NCBI GenBank assembly: GCA_009694085.1
Contig: SHVW01000003.1
Span: 1 to 57,852 of the forward strand
Length of the DNA stretch: 57,852 bases
Origin: Alphaproteobacteria bacterium
GTDB taxonomy: Bacteria > Pseudomonadota > Alphaproteobacteria > SHVW01
Direction of reading: 5' to 3'
The notes under the pieces were generated by a model. It was not told where the DNA came from, did not search any database, and saw only the letters and a list, made by a program, of their open reading frames with translations. Below, piece by piece: positions 46,503 to 57,588 of the stretch; within the stretch, counting starts at the first letter, position 1; each line of letters begins with the position of its first letter. The position numbers and the translations under genes were made by a program.

Positions 46503-47867
46503 CTAGCCCCGAAACGGCTTCAAATCGATCGGACCATCGAAGGCGCGCGCCGCGAATTTTAGAAACGCTGCGGCCCGATCGGTCGGCCAGCCGCCGAAGG
46601 CGGCGTTGCGCTTAAACTTCTCTTCGATTTCCCCACGGCTCAGACGCTCGTGATCGCCGCCGCGCAGATGGGGCTGGCGCTCCTCGACTACGCTTCCGTT
46701 GCGCAACGTCGCGCGGATGTGGCCGGTATAGCTGCGGGGATAGGGATTGTTCGGGTCGATGACGTAACCGACCTTGGCCGCCAGCGATTGGATGCGCGGA
46801 TCGGCGACGGTGGCGTCGGTGAAGGCACCAAGACCGGCATCGCCGGTGAGGAAGCCGACGGCGATGCAGAACGGCGTGCTGAATTTCGCCGCATAGGCGT
46901 TGGGCGGGCGGCGCTTGAGCGCCAGCGGCTCCCACAAGCGATGAACGGTCCCCTCGCCCACCTCGCACACGATTTCGGCGATGTCGTCGGCAGCAATGCC
47001 GCGCGCGGCCAAGCGGCGGGCGCAGTCGATATAGGGATGGGTCATGGTACCGCAGGCATAGGGCTTGAAGGCAATTGTCTCCATCACCCAGCGCCGACCG
47101 AGATCGCCCAGCAGGGCGTCCCAATTGCCCTGCGTCGTATGGGCGAAGCCGTGGAATAAGCCATGCTCGCCCTCGAACACCGTACGCGGACCGATAAAGC
47201 CTTGGCGAGCCATCAGCGCGGCACGCAGTCCCGATTGCGCCGCCCAACCCGGATGGAGACGCTTGGTCCAACTGCCATCGGCCAAGTATTCGATGATGCC
47301 GCCGGCCATGCTGCCGGCCAAGCCGAGCGCGTTGACATGCTGCGCCCGGTCGAGGCCGAGGGTGACGGCGACCGCGCTTGCCGCACCCATGGCGCCGAAC
47401 ACGGCAGTCGGGTGGAAGCCCGATTTATGCACCGCCTTGGGCACCACCGTGCTGAGCCGGCAAGTCACCTCCGCGCCGACGGCGAGGCCCAGCAAGGCCG
47501 CCGCGCCAGAGCGGCCATAGCGTTCGGCCGCGGCCAACACAGCCGGCACGATGACGACGCCGGCATGAACCGGGCCGCCCTCGAAAGTGTCGTCGAAATC
47601 CTCTCCATGGGATGCGGTGCCGTTGATCGCGGCGGCACCGGCGGCATCGAAGCCCCGGGCATGGCCGATCGCCGTGCAATCGCCCGATCCATCCCATCCC
47701 GCGATCAGGGCCTTGACATAGTCGGTGTCGCGCGCCGCCACGCATAAGCCCGCGATGTCGATCAAGATTTCCTCCGCCCGCGCGCGCACGGTGGCGGGCA
47801 GTTTCGCCGGATCGACGCCGGCCACCGCATCGGCCAACCGCTCAGCCACGCTCAACTTAGTGCTCAT
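46503..47867 (-). CDS. MmgE/PrpD family protein
   Basis: AINGTASHGEDFDD, GPVH, GFHPT, KRLHPG, FKPYACG, AKFS. Confidence 0.92.
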   Translation of the reverse strand: MSTKLSVAERLADAVAGVDPAKLPATVRARAEEILIDIAGLCVAARDTDYVKALIAGWDGSGDCTAIGHARGFDAAGAAAINGTASHGEDFDDTFEGGPVHAGVVIVPAVLAAAERYGRSGAAALLGLAVGAEVTCRLSTVVPKAVHKSGFHPTAVFGAMGAASAVAVTLGLDRAQHVNALGLAGSMAGGIIEYLADGSWTKRLHPGWAAQSGLRAALMARQGFIGPRTVFEGEHGLFHGFAHTTQGNWDALLGDLGRRWVMETIAFKPYACGTMTHPYIDCARRLAARGIAADDIAEIVCEVGEGTVHRLWEPLALKRRPPNAYAAKFSTPFCIAVGFLTGDAGLGAFTDATVADPRIQSLAAKVGYVIDPNNPYPRSYTGHIRATLRNGSVVEERQPHLRGGDHERLSRGEIEEKFKRNAAFGGWPTDRAAAFLKFAARAFDGPIDLKPFRG

Positions 47868-49351
47868 GCCGATGGCTCAGTTCGGCCGGCCCGTCTTTCG
47901 CGCCGGATGGAATAGGCCAGCAGACCGGCGGCGGCGATCAGCAGGCCGAGCGAGATCGGATCTTGGAGGAAAACGAAATAGTCACCGTCCGAGAGCACCA
48001 GGGAGCGACGGTAGTTCGATTCCACCATCGGGCCGAGCACAACGCCGAGCACCATCGGCAGGAATGGCATGTCCAAACGTTTCATGAGGTAGCCCGCCAC
48101 GCCGAAGCCGAGCACGAGGCCGATATCGAAGATGCTCTGTTGAACGGAGAACACCCCGGCGAAGACGAGCGCCAGAATGAACGCAATGAGATAAGGCTTC
48201 GGCCGGTTCACCAGCCACAGGCAGGGCGGTAGAATGATCAGGCCGATCACGAACATGAGCGCGTTGGCAACCAGCAGCCCGCCATAGAGGCCGTAGACCA
48301 CGTCGGGTGCGCGCTCGAACAGCATCGGCCCTGGCGCGAGGCCGTGGATTAGCAGGCCCCCGAGCAGAATAGCGGCCGAGTTCGAGCCGGGAATGCCCAG
48401 GCTCAACAGCGGAATGAGCGCCGAGCCGGTGACGACGTTGTTGGCGCATTCGGGCGCGGCGACTCCCTCGGGCGAGCCCTTGCCGAATTCCTCGGGATGC
48501 TTGGACCAGCGCTTGGCCTCGTTGTAAGACAGGAAGGCGGCGATCGTGCCGCCGCCGCCCGGCGTCAACCCTTCGAACAGGCCGATGGTGCCGCCGATGA
48601 GCTGGGATGGGATCAGGCGCTTCCACAGCGTCCAATCCGGGAATTCCAGGCGCAGCGAACGCTCCTTCGCCTTGACCCAGTCGGGCTCGGAGATCTGGAC
48701 CAGCATCTCGCTGACCGCGAACAGCCCGATCATAGCCAGGATGGGACGAATGCCGCCGAGCAGATCTGCCTCGCCGAAAATGAATCGCGGCACGCCCGAG
48801 ACCGGATCGGTGCCGACCGTCGCCACCATGAAGCCGAGGATGCCGGCGATCAGGCCCTTGACCAGCGAGCCTCCGCTCAGGCCGGCGATGACGCTGAGGC
48901 CGAGCACGCCAAGCGAGAAATAGGCCGGCGGCGTGAAGGCGAGCGCGACGCGCGCCAGCGGCTCGGTCATCAGAATCAGCATGGCCAGGCCGAACAACCC
49001 GCCGATCGTGCCGCAGGCGAGCGAGATGCCGAGCGCCAAGCCCGCCTTGCCCTGCCGGCTCATCTCGTAGCCGTCGATGGTGGTGGCAGCAGCCGAGTTG
49101 GTGCCCGGCGTGCGGATCAGGATCGCCGGAATCGAGCCGCCATACTCCGCGCCGACATAGACAGCGGCGAGCATGACGATCGCCGCGACCGGGTCCATGC
49201 CGTAGGTGAACGGCAGCAACAGCGCCATCGCGATCGACGGCGAGATGCCGGGCATGGCGCCACCGAAGATGCCCCAGACGACCCCGAACACGCAGGCGGG
49301 TATGGCCCAGCCCTGGGTCAATGCGTTCCAGGCGATGATGATAGCGTCCAT
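47864..49351 (-). CDS. tctA: Tripartite tricarboxylate transporter large permease
   Basis: GAMPGISP, YGGSIPAILIRTPG, TIDGYEM, APECANN, LGIPG. Confidence 0.93.
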   Translation of the reverse strand: MDAIIIAWNALTQGWAIPACVFGVVWGIFGGAMPGISPSIAMALLLPFTYGMDPVAAIVMLAAVYVGAEYGGSIPAILIRTPGTNSAAATTIDGYEMSRQGKAGLALGISLACGTIGGLFGLAMLILMTEPLARVALAFTPPAYFSLGVLGLSVIAGLSGGSLVKGLIAGILGFMVATVGTDPVSGVPRFIFGEADLLGGIRPILAMIGLFAVSEMLVQISEPDWVKAKERSLRLEFPDWTLWKRLIPSQLIGGTIGLFEGLTPGGGGTIAAFLSYNEAKRWSKHPEEFGKGSPEGVAAPECANNVVTGSALIPLLSLGIPGSNSAAILLGGLLIHGLAPGPMLFERAPDVVYGLYGGLLVANALMFVIGLIILPPCLWLVNRPKPYLIAFILALVFAGVFSVQQSIFDIGLVLGFGVAGYLMKRLDMPFLPMVLGVVLGPMVESNYRRSLVLSDGDYFVFLQDPISLGLLIAAAGLLAYSIRRERRAGRTEPSA

Positions 49352-49354
49352 AGA

Positions 49355-49825
49355 TTAACCGATCAGCTCCAGCCACATGCCCGTCGGCATGGAGATACCC
49401 AGTAGCTTGACGAACATGAACCAGAACACCCCACCGGCGATGGCGCCGATCGCGACCAGATTGCGGCTCATCGCGAGGCCGGCATAGACGGCGACCACGA
49501 CAATGAGAATCCAGGTGGCAAGTGCAAAGCCGAAGATCGGCATCAGCACGACATAGGCGCAGCCAACGGCGAGCAATCCGGCGGCGCGGAGGTGCGCGCC
49601 TGATTGGACGGATTCCGCGCTCGCAGGCTCCGGCCCGGCCCGCCAGCCGGAGAACGCCAGCAAGGCACCCAGCATCGCCAGTGCGACTGCCAGGACTTTA
49701 GGCACACCGTCGGCGCCGACCGCGTCGGCGAGCAGGCTGACCTGCAATCGATCTGCAACCAGCCAATACGCGACGGCGAACACAAGCACGCCCAGCCCGG
49801 TTACGGCATCCCGACCAAGATGCAT
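49355..49825 (-). CDS. tctB: Tripartite tricarboxylate transporter small permease
   Basis: Four TM segments; GGAGG RBS before MHLGRD; lies between tctC and tctA. Confidence 0.88.
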   Translation of the reverse strand: MHLGRDAVTGLGVLVFAVAYWLVADRLQVSLLADAVGADGVPKVLAVALAMLGALLAFSGWRAGPEPASAESVQSGAHLRAAGLLAVGCAYVVLMPIFGFALATWILIVVVAVYAGLAMSRNLVAIGAIAGGVFWFMFVKLLGISMPTGMWLELIG

Positions 49826-49850
49826 GCCTCCGCCCATCTGGTTGATCACG

Positions 49851-50804
49851 CTACTTGATGATGCCGAGTTCGCGCAGCGTGACCTCGACTTCCTTGGCAA
49901 AATCGGCCGTGAAGACGCGCGATTCGGCGCGCCCCTTTAGCGCCGTCACCAGGTTCTCCCCGTCATAGACTTTCTTGTACTCGGGTTTGGCGAGCACCTT
50001 ACGGATCGCAGCCTCCCACTGGGCTGCGACCACATCGGGCACGCCCTTCGGCCCGGCCAAGCCGCGAAACTTGGTGACGACGAGATCGACGCCCTGTTCG
50101 CGCGCGGTCCTGAGGTCGGGCAGCGTATCGATGCGCTGTTCGGTGAGCGTGGCCAGCAATCTGACCTTGCCGGCTTCCAGTTGCGCCTTGATCTCCTGCA
50201 TCTCGCCGACACCGATATCGAGCGTGCCGTTGAGCACGTTGATGATCAGGTCGCCGCCGCCGTCGTGGGTGACGATGGCGGCGCGCGTGCCGATCAGGCG
50301 GCTCATCCTCTCCAACGCGATGCGCTCGAGCGAGCCGGGGTTGGCGGCACCCCATTTGCTCTTGCCCGGATTCTTCCGGGCGTAGTCGACCACGTCGCCA
50401 AGCGACTTGAACGGCGACTCCGTGCGCGTGAACACGACTTCGGGATCGAGGAAAACCGTGACCAACGGGTCCAGGCTGTCGTAACCGAATTGCGGCTTGG
50501 ACAGCAGCGTCGTCTGGATGTAGGTCGGCGTGGTCGCATAGAACATCGAGCCGTCGGCGGGTCCGCGCGCTACCTTGGCCACCGCCGTGGCACCGCTGCC
50601 GCCGCGAACGTTGTCGACCACGAAGTTCACGCCCATCTCCGGCCCGAGATGGCGGATCAACTCGCGCAGGAATACATCGCTGCCGGAGCCGGGGCTGGAA
50701 TGGGTGACCAGGGTCACCGTGGAAACGGGGTATTTCGGTTGCGCTGCCAGCGCGCCCGGAACGAGCACGCCGACGACGCAGAGCAGGCGGAGCAGATATC
50801 CCAT
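49851..50804 (-). CDS. tctC: Tripartite tricarboxylate transporter substrate-binding protein (Bug family)
   Basis: PGSGSD, DNVRGGSGA, PDLRTAREQG, RGLAGPKG. Confidence 0.9.
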   Translation of the reverse strand: MGYLLRLLCVVGVLVPGALAAQPKYPVSTVTLVTHSSPGSGSDVFLRELIRHLGPEMGVNFVVDNVRGGSGATAVAKVARGPADGSMFYATTPTYIQTTLLSKPQFGYDSLDPLVTVFLDPEVVFTRTESPFKSLGDVVDYARKNPGKSKWGAANPGSLERIALERMSRLIGTRAAIVTHDGGGDLIINVLNGTLDIGVGEMQEIKAQLEAGKVRLLATLTEQRIDTLPDLRTAREQGVDLVVTKFRGLAGPKGVPDVVAAQWEAAIRKVLAKPEYKKVYDGENLVTALKGRAESRVFTADFAKEVEVTLRELGIIK

Positions 50805-50807
50805 GGA

Positions 50808-51626
50808 CTATTTCCCGGTGAAGGCGGGTTTGCGTTTTTCCATGAAGGCGGTGCGGCCCTCGATGTAGTCACGGCTGGCGAAGCATTCGGCGACCAGGCG
50901 TTCGCACAACGCGGTATCGCGCTCGCCAGCGTCTCTGACCGCTTCGTTGACGATGCGCTTGACGGAATTGACGGTCAGGGGTGCGTTGCCGGCGATCGTG
51001 CTCGCCGTGCTGGTCGTGTAGGCCTCAAGCTCGGCCGCCGGCACGGCGCGGTTGATCAGACCCATGGCGAGCGCCTCGGCCACGTCGAACTGGCGGGCGG
51101 TAAAAAACATCTCCTTGGCGAAGGCCGGGCCGGCCACGTCGACCAGCCGGCTAATGCCCTCGATACCATAGCCCAGGCCGAGCTTGGCGGCGGGAATGCC
51201 GAATTTGGAATGATCGGCGGCGAAGCGTAGATCGCAGCAGATGGCCAACGCCATACCGCCGCCAATGCAATAGCCCGAGATCATGGCGATGGTCGGCTTG
51301 CCCAGGTTATAGAGCAGACGGTAGGCGCGTGCCGAGGTCTCGGCGTAATGCTTGACCGCTTCTTCGGTCGCGCGCTCGCTGCCGAATTTGGAAATATCGG
51401 CGCCGGACACGAAGGCCTTGCCGCCCGCGCCGGTGACCACCACCACGCGCACGGCGGGGTCGGCGGCGAAATCGGACAGGATCGCTTCCGCCTTCTGCCA
51501 CATCTCCAGCGACACCGCGTTGTGGCGCGCCGGATTGTTGAAGGTCATCCAGCCGATGCCGTCGTCCCTGCGACTCAGCATGGGTTCCGCGGCCGCGGGA
51601 CCCGAGGATTGGGCGCTATCCATCAC
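50808..51626 (-). CDS. Enoyl-CoA hydratase/isomerase family protein
   Basis: FVSGADISKF, CIGGG, CDLR, PAAKLG, DYIEGRTAFMEKRKPAF. Confidence 0.93.
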   Translation of the reverse strand: MMDSAQSSGPAAAEPMLSRRDDGIGWMTFNNPARHNAVSLEMWQKAEAILSDFAADPAVRVVVVTGAGGKAFVSGADISKFGSERATEEAVKHYAETSARAYRLLYNLGKPTIAMISGYCIGGGMALAICCDLRFAADHSKFGIPAAKLGLGYGIEGISRLVDVAGPAFAKEMFFTARQFDVAEALAMGLINRAVPAAELEAYTTSTASTIAGNAPLTVNSVKRIVNEAVRDAGERDTALCERLVAECFASRDYIEGRTAFMEKRKPAFTGK

Positions 51627-52816
51627 ACGACTTTCTTTCGTTTTAGGGCGGCAATCGCTTCACCATCATAACCCGCCTCGGTCAAAATTTCGTCGGTCTG
51701 TTCGCCGCGCTCGGGCGGGGCGACCGCCATGGTGCTGGGCGTGCGCGACAGCACGACCGGTTGGCCGATCAATTCCTTCGTTCCCTTGCCCGGACCGCTC
51801 ACGCTTTGGGCGATGCCGAGATGGCGCACCTGAGGATCGGCGAAGACCTGGTCGATGCTGTAGATGTGGCCGCAGGGCACGCCGGCGGCGTTGAGCTTGT
51901 CGATCCAGGCTTGGCTGGTATCGCTCAAGATCAACTTATCGATCGCGGCGTTGAGGGTGTCGCGATTGTCCGAGCGCCCCTTGGCCGAGGTGTAACGCGG
52001 GTCGCGCACCAGATCGCCGGCGCCGGCCGCCTCACAGAAGCGCTCCCAGATCTTGCCGCCGGCCGCCGCGATGTTGATATGGCCGTCCTGCGTCTTGAAC
52101 ACGCCGGTCGGGATGCTGGTGGGATGGTTGTTGCCCGCTTGCTTGGGCACCTCGCCCGAAACCGTCCAACGTGCCGCTTGGAAATCGAGCATGAAAATCT
52201 GGGCCTGGAGCAGCGAGGTGTGGACCCATTGGCCGCGACCGGATACTTCGCGCTCTAGCAGCGCCATCGCCACGCCATAGGCGCAGAAGATACCGGCGGT
52301 CAGATCGGCAATGGGGATACCGACACGCACCGGCCCCTGGCCGGGCAGGCCGGTGATCGACATCAACCCGCCCATGCCCTGGGCGATCTGATCGAAGCCG
52401 GGCCGCTTGGCATAGGGCCCGTCCTGGCCGAAGCCGGAAATGCTGGCATAGACGAGGCGCGGATTGACCGCGCTCAGATCGGGATAGTCGATGCCGAGCC
52501 GGCGCTTCACGTCGGGCCGAAAATTCTCGACCAGCACGTCGGCCTTCTCAACCAGTCGCTTCAAGACGGCGACGCCTTCGGGGTCCTTCAGATTCAGTGT
52601 CAAGCTGCGCTTGTTGCGATGAAGGTTCTGGAAATCGGGCCCGTCGCGCGGGCCGCCCATGGGCTCACCGCCCTCCATGTCCTCGGGCAGTTCGATCTTG
52701 ATGACGTTGGCGCCCCAATCGGCGAGCTGGCGCACCGCCGTGGGGCCGGAGCGCACCCGCGTCAGGTCGAGGACGGTGAAGCGCTGGAGCGCGCTGGAGG
52801 CTGGTTGGAAGGGCAT
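51623..52816 (-). CDS. Class III CoA-transferase (CaiB/BaiF family)
   Basis: VLDLTRVRSGP, RNKRSLTLNLK, DVLVENFRP, GFDQIAQGMGG, ADLTAG. Confidence 0.94.
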   Translation of the reverse strand: MPFQPASSALQRFTVLDLTRVRSGPTAVRQLADWGANVIKIELPEDMEGGEPMGGPRDGPDFQNLHRNKRSLTLNLKDPEGVAVLKRLVEKADVLVENFRPDVKRRLGIDYPDLSAVNPRLVYASISGFGQDGPYAKRPGFDQIAQGMGGLMSITGLPGQGPVRVGIPIADLTAGIFCAYGVAMALLEREVSGRGQWVHTSLLQAQIFMLDFQAARWTVSGEVPKQAGNNHPTSIPTGVFKTQDGHINIAAAGGKIWERFCEAAGAGDLVRDPRYTSAKGRSDNRDTLNAAIDKLILSDTSQAWIDKLNAAGVPCGHIYSIDQVFADPQVRHLGIAQSVSGPGKGTKELIGQPVVLSRTPSTMAVAPPERGEQTDEILTEAGYDGEAIAALKRKKVV

Positions 52817-52989
52817 GGGTCTCGGGTTCCTGGTGGTTGTCGCGGGGGGTATTCAAGCGCGGCGGGGGGCGGCCGTCCACAACGGAACGCGAAGGCGGCG
52901 GCAAGCATGAAGTCGCGATCGAGGCGGGCTCCGGCAAGCGTTCTCGCTCAAGGGGTCGAAGGAAATTCGGAATGTCCCCATTCCCGATC

Positions 52990-53550
52990 CTTGCATAGAA
53001 CCGGTCGGCGGCCAGCATGACGGACACACCTTCCGGCAACCACGCGCGTACGCTGTCCAAAAGTTCCTTTTGAACGGCAAAACCAATGCTTCCCTGCGTC
53101 GAACGCACCCGCCACGCCACCGGCACGGCGCGTTTGCGCAAGCGCGCTGACAGCATCAGAACTTCGTTCGTGTCGTTGATATGGCTTTGATCCATCTGCA
53201 AGACAATGGTTTGACCGCGCGAGGTCAGACGCTCGATCGCCCCATCGGCGTCGATTGCCCGGTTCTTCAATTGCCGTTCGATGTATTGATAGCGATGATC
53301 CGCCGCGCCAATCTCGCGCGGCAACGCCGCCGCCAGCTCCATCAGGTTTGCGCTACGCGCCTCCAACATAACTCCGGCCAGCGTCGTCAGACCTTCGCGC
53401 CGAGACTTGTGATAACCAGGCAGCCGTTCCTTGAAATCCTCTTCGATCGCCTCGATCAGCGCCGACCGCTTGACCATCCAAGCCCCCACAGTCAATGGAG
53501 ACTCCTTGAATCACATAAGATTCTTCATAGGCAAGAAAATTTGAGGGGTG
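52990..53550 (-). mobile_element. Truncated IS4-family transposase remnant (about 168 codons from 53495)
   Basis: LAAALP...YQYIERQL, LQMDQS (first D), RAVPVAW, LAADRFY (second D), after which the transposase-like sequence ends; element boundaries approximate. Confidence 0.8.
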
Positions 53551-53628
53551 GTAAGGGGTGATCGGCCACGGACTCGCCATATTTGTCGAGCAAGCTTAAA
53601 ATACGCGTAGAGGTCGATCGTCAGTCCT

Positions 53629-56139
53629 ATGAAAAAATTCCTGCTCTATTCCCTCGGTACCCTGTCCGTCCTGGCGCTGATCGGCGCGGCGGGCGCGGTC
53701 GGGCTGCTCTGGCATTTCGGTAAAGGCTTGCCCGATTACGCCCAGCTCGCCGATTACGAGCCGCCTACGGTCACGCGCGTGCATGCGGGAGATGGCCGGC
53801 TGCTGGCCGAATATGCCATCGAGAAGCGCGTGTTCATGCCGATATCGGCCATGCCCAAGCGGGTGATCAACGCCTTCCTTGCCGCCGAGGACAAGAATTT
53901 CTACCACCATGTCGGCGTCGATCCCGTCAGCATCGTGCGCGCGGCGGTGACCAATATCGGCAAGCTGTCCCAGAACCGCCGCCCCACCGGTGCCTCCACC
54001 ATCACCCAGCAGGTCGCCAAGAACTTTCTGCTAACCAGCGAAGTGTCGCTTCAGCGCAAGGCCAAGGAGGCGATCCTGGCCTTCCGCATCGAGCGCGCTT
54101 TTTCCAAGGATCGGATCCTGGAGCTTTACCTTAACGAGATCTATCTGGGCTTCGGCTCATATGGCGTGGCCGCGGCAGGGCTCAATTATTTCGATCGCGC
54201 GCTCGACGATCTCAGTATCGCCGAGGCCGCGTATCTGGCCGCCCTGCCCAAGGCGCCCAACAATTATCACCCCACGCGGGCGCCTGAGCAGGCGAGGATT
54301 CGCCGCGACTATGTGATCGGACGCATGCTCGAAGACGGCCATATTTCCGAAACGGATGCGCGCGCTGCGTTTGCCGAGCCCCTGACCATCCGCCAGCGAG
54401 CCGAAACCGATTATGCCAGAGCCGATCATTTTGCCGAGGAGGTTCGGCGCGAATTGCTGGCGCGCTATGGCGAGAAGGGCCTCTATAAGGGCGGGCTATC
54501 GGTGCGTACCACGGTCGATCCACGGCTCCAGGATATCGCCGACCGTGCGCTGCGCGAGGGTTTGATCGCCTACGATCGCCGCCATGGCTGGCGCGGCCCG
54601 GTCGAGCGCGTTGCGCTTGGCGCGGATTGGCGGCGGCGGCTCAATGCCGTGGCCATGCCGGTCGGTGCCTCGCCATGGTTGCTCGCGATCGCTTTCGAGG
54701 TCGGTGCCCAGGACGTGACCATCGGCTTCGCCAATGGTAGCGGCGGCAAAGTTCCCCTCGCCGAACTTGCCTGGGCGAGGGAACCGCGGGAAGAGCAGCG
54801 CATCGGTCCGCCGATCACCCGGCCGAGCCAAGTGTTCGCCCCGGGCGACGTCGTGTTGGTCGAGCCCGTGTTCAAGGCGGCGGACGGTAAGCCTTACCCG
54901 GCCGGAACCTATGGGTTGCGACAAGTGCCCGCGGTGAGCGGCGCGGTGGTGGCGCTCGATCCTCATACCGGCCGCGTCTTTGCCATGAGCGGCGGGTTCA
55001 GCTTCGAGTCCAGCCAGTTCAACCGCGCTACTCAGGCAATGCGCCAGCCCGGATCGGCCTTCAAACCGTTCGTGTACATGGCCGGGCTCGACAATGGGAT
55101 GACGCCATTCACGCTGATCCTGGATGCGCCGATCGTACTCGAACAGGGGCCGGGCCTGCCGAAATGGCGCCCCGGCAATTACGGCAACAAATTCTATGGG
55201 CCGAGCACGCTCAGGCTCGGCATCGAGAAATCGCGCAATCTGATGACCGTGCGTCTGGCGCTGACGGTGGGCATGGACAAGGTCGCCCAGCAAGCCGAGG
55301 CCTTCGGCATCTACGACAAACTGCCCCTGCACATCTCCAATTCCCTCGGCGCTGGCGAGACCTCTGTGCTTAAGCTAACAACGGCCTATGCCATGCTCGT
55401 CAATGGCGGCAAGGCGATCACGCCGACCCTGATCGACCGGGTGCAGGATCGCCATGGCCGCACCGTGTTCAAGCACGATCGTCGCGCCTGCGATGGCTGC
55501 GTGAGCGAAAGCTGGGCCGGCGAAGCCGCGCCGCGCCTGCCCGACAATCGCCGGCAGGTCGCCAACCCGTCCTCCGTGTTTCAAATGGTCAATATGTTGC
55601 AGGGCGTGGTCGAGCGCGGCACCGGCGCGTCGATCCGTTCGCTCGGCCGGCCGCTCGGCGGCAAGACCGGCACGACCAATGACAGCAACGATGGCTGGTT
55701 CGTGGGCTTCGCGCCCGATTTGGCGGTCGGCGTATTCGTCGGTTTCGACACGCCCAAATCCCTGGGCCGTCAGGAATCCGGCGCCTCGGTCGCAGTGCCG
55801 ATCTTCAAATCCTTCATGGCCGAAGCGCTGGCGGGCCAACCGGCGATTCCGTTCCGCGTGCCCGGCGGCGTGCGCCTGGTGCGGGTCGAACCCGACAGCG
55901 GACGGGTAGCACGAGCGGGCGACCGTGGCATCATCATGGAGGCCTTCAAACCCGGTACCGAGCCTGTCGGCCATGCCGCCGTCATCGATGCCGGTCTCGC
56001 CGCCGGCCAGACCATCGCGGTGGACGAAAGCGAGGAGCAGGCGGCACCCGGTATCGGGCTCGGACCCGCGGTGCAGCCGGGCGCGCCGAGGCCCGCGGCG
56101 CAGCAGCCGGTTGCGACCGGGGTCGGCGGGCTGTATTAA
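53629..56139 (+). CDS. mrcA: Penicillin-binding protein 1A
   Basis: AEDKNFY, GASTITQQVAKN, RQPGSAFKP (SxxK), SRN, KTG. Confidence 0.95.
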   Translation: MKKFLLYSLGTLSVLALIGAAGAVGLLWHFGKGLPDYAQLADYEPPTVTRVHAGDGRLLAEYAIEKRVFMPISAMPKRVINAFLAAEDKNFYHHVGVDPVSIVRAAVTNIGKLSQNRRPTGASTITQQVAKNFLLTSEVSLQRKAKEAILAFRIERAFSKDRILELYLNEIYLGFGSYGVAAAGLNYFDRALDDLSIAEAAYLAALPKAPNNYHPTRAPEQARIRRDYVIGRMLEDGHISETDARAAFAEPLTIRQRAETDYARADHFAEEVRRELLARYGEKGLYKGGLSVRTTVDPRLQDIADRALREGLIAYDRRHGWRGPVERVALGADWRRRLNAVAMPVGASPWLLAIAFEVGAQDVTIGFANGSGGKVPLAELAWAREPREEQRIGPPITRPSQVFAPGDVVLVEPVFKAADGKPYPAGTYGLRQVPAVSGAVVALDPHTGRVFAMSGGFSFESSQFNRATQAMRQPGSAFKPFVYMAGLDNGMTPFTLILDAPIVLEQGPGLPKWRPGNYGNKFYGPSTLRLGIEKSRNLMTVRLALTVGMDKVAQQAEAFGIYDKLPLHISNSLGAGETSVLKLTTAYAMLVNGGKAITPTLIDRVQDRHGRTVFKHDRRACDGCVSESWAGEAAPRLPDNRRQVANPSSVFQMVNMLQGVVERGTGASIRSLGRPLGGKTGTTNDSNDGWFVGFAPDLAVGVFVGFDTPKSLGRQESGASVAVPIFKSFMAEALAGQPAIPFRVPGGVRLVRVEPDSGRVARAGDRGIIMEAFKPGTEPVGHAAVIDAGLAAGQTIAVDESEEQAAPGIGLGPAVQPGAPRPAAQQPVATGVGGLY

Positions 56140-56181
56140 GATCGCCTCGCCAATCTTTCGCCCTGAAGGAAATCCATCACG

Positions 56182-57292
<1,111 letters not shown>

Positions 57293-57297
57293 GACCC

Positions 57298-57588
57298 ATG
57301 AGGTCGTTGGATGAACTGGACGAATTGGCCGCCATACAAATCTATGAGCGCTACAAGGCCGCGCCGCCGAGCGAGACATTCCCCGCACCTCTCGTCTATG
57401 CGCTCGCGACCGGCGGAAACCCCGTTCGTCTTTGGCGGAAATATCGCAAGCTGACCCAAGCGCGGCTTGCCAAGCGCTGCGGCATCGCGGTTCCCTATCT
57501 TTCTCAGATCGAGATGGGCAATCGTCAGCCCTCATCGGCGGTGCTGAAAAGGCTTGCACTGGCGCTCGGTGTCACGATGGATGATCTA
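57298..57588 (+). CDS. XRE-family HTH protein (HigA/antitoxin-like), 3' end cut by an IS5 insertion
   Basis: Translated by hand: MRSLDELDELAAIQIYERYK...GGNPVRLWRKYRKLTQARLAKRCGIAVPYLSQIEMGNRQPSSAVLKRLALALGVTMDDL. The frame then runs into IS sequence with no stop in the window. Confidence 0.8.

Noticed and set aside
47982-49376. 464-aa alternative-frame ORF over tctA, and similar Arg-rich ORFs throughout the window
   Set aside because: Off-frame shadows of well-supported genes.
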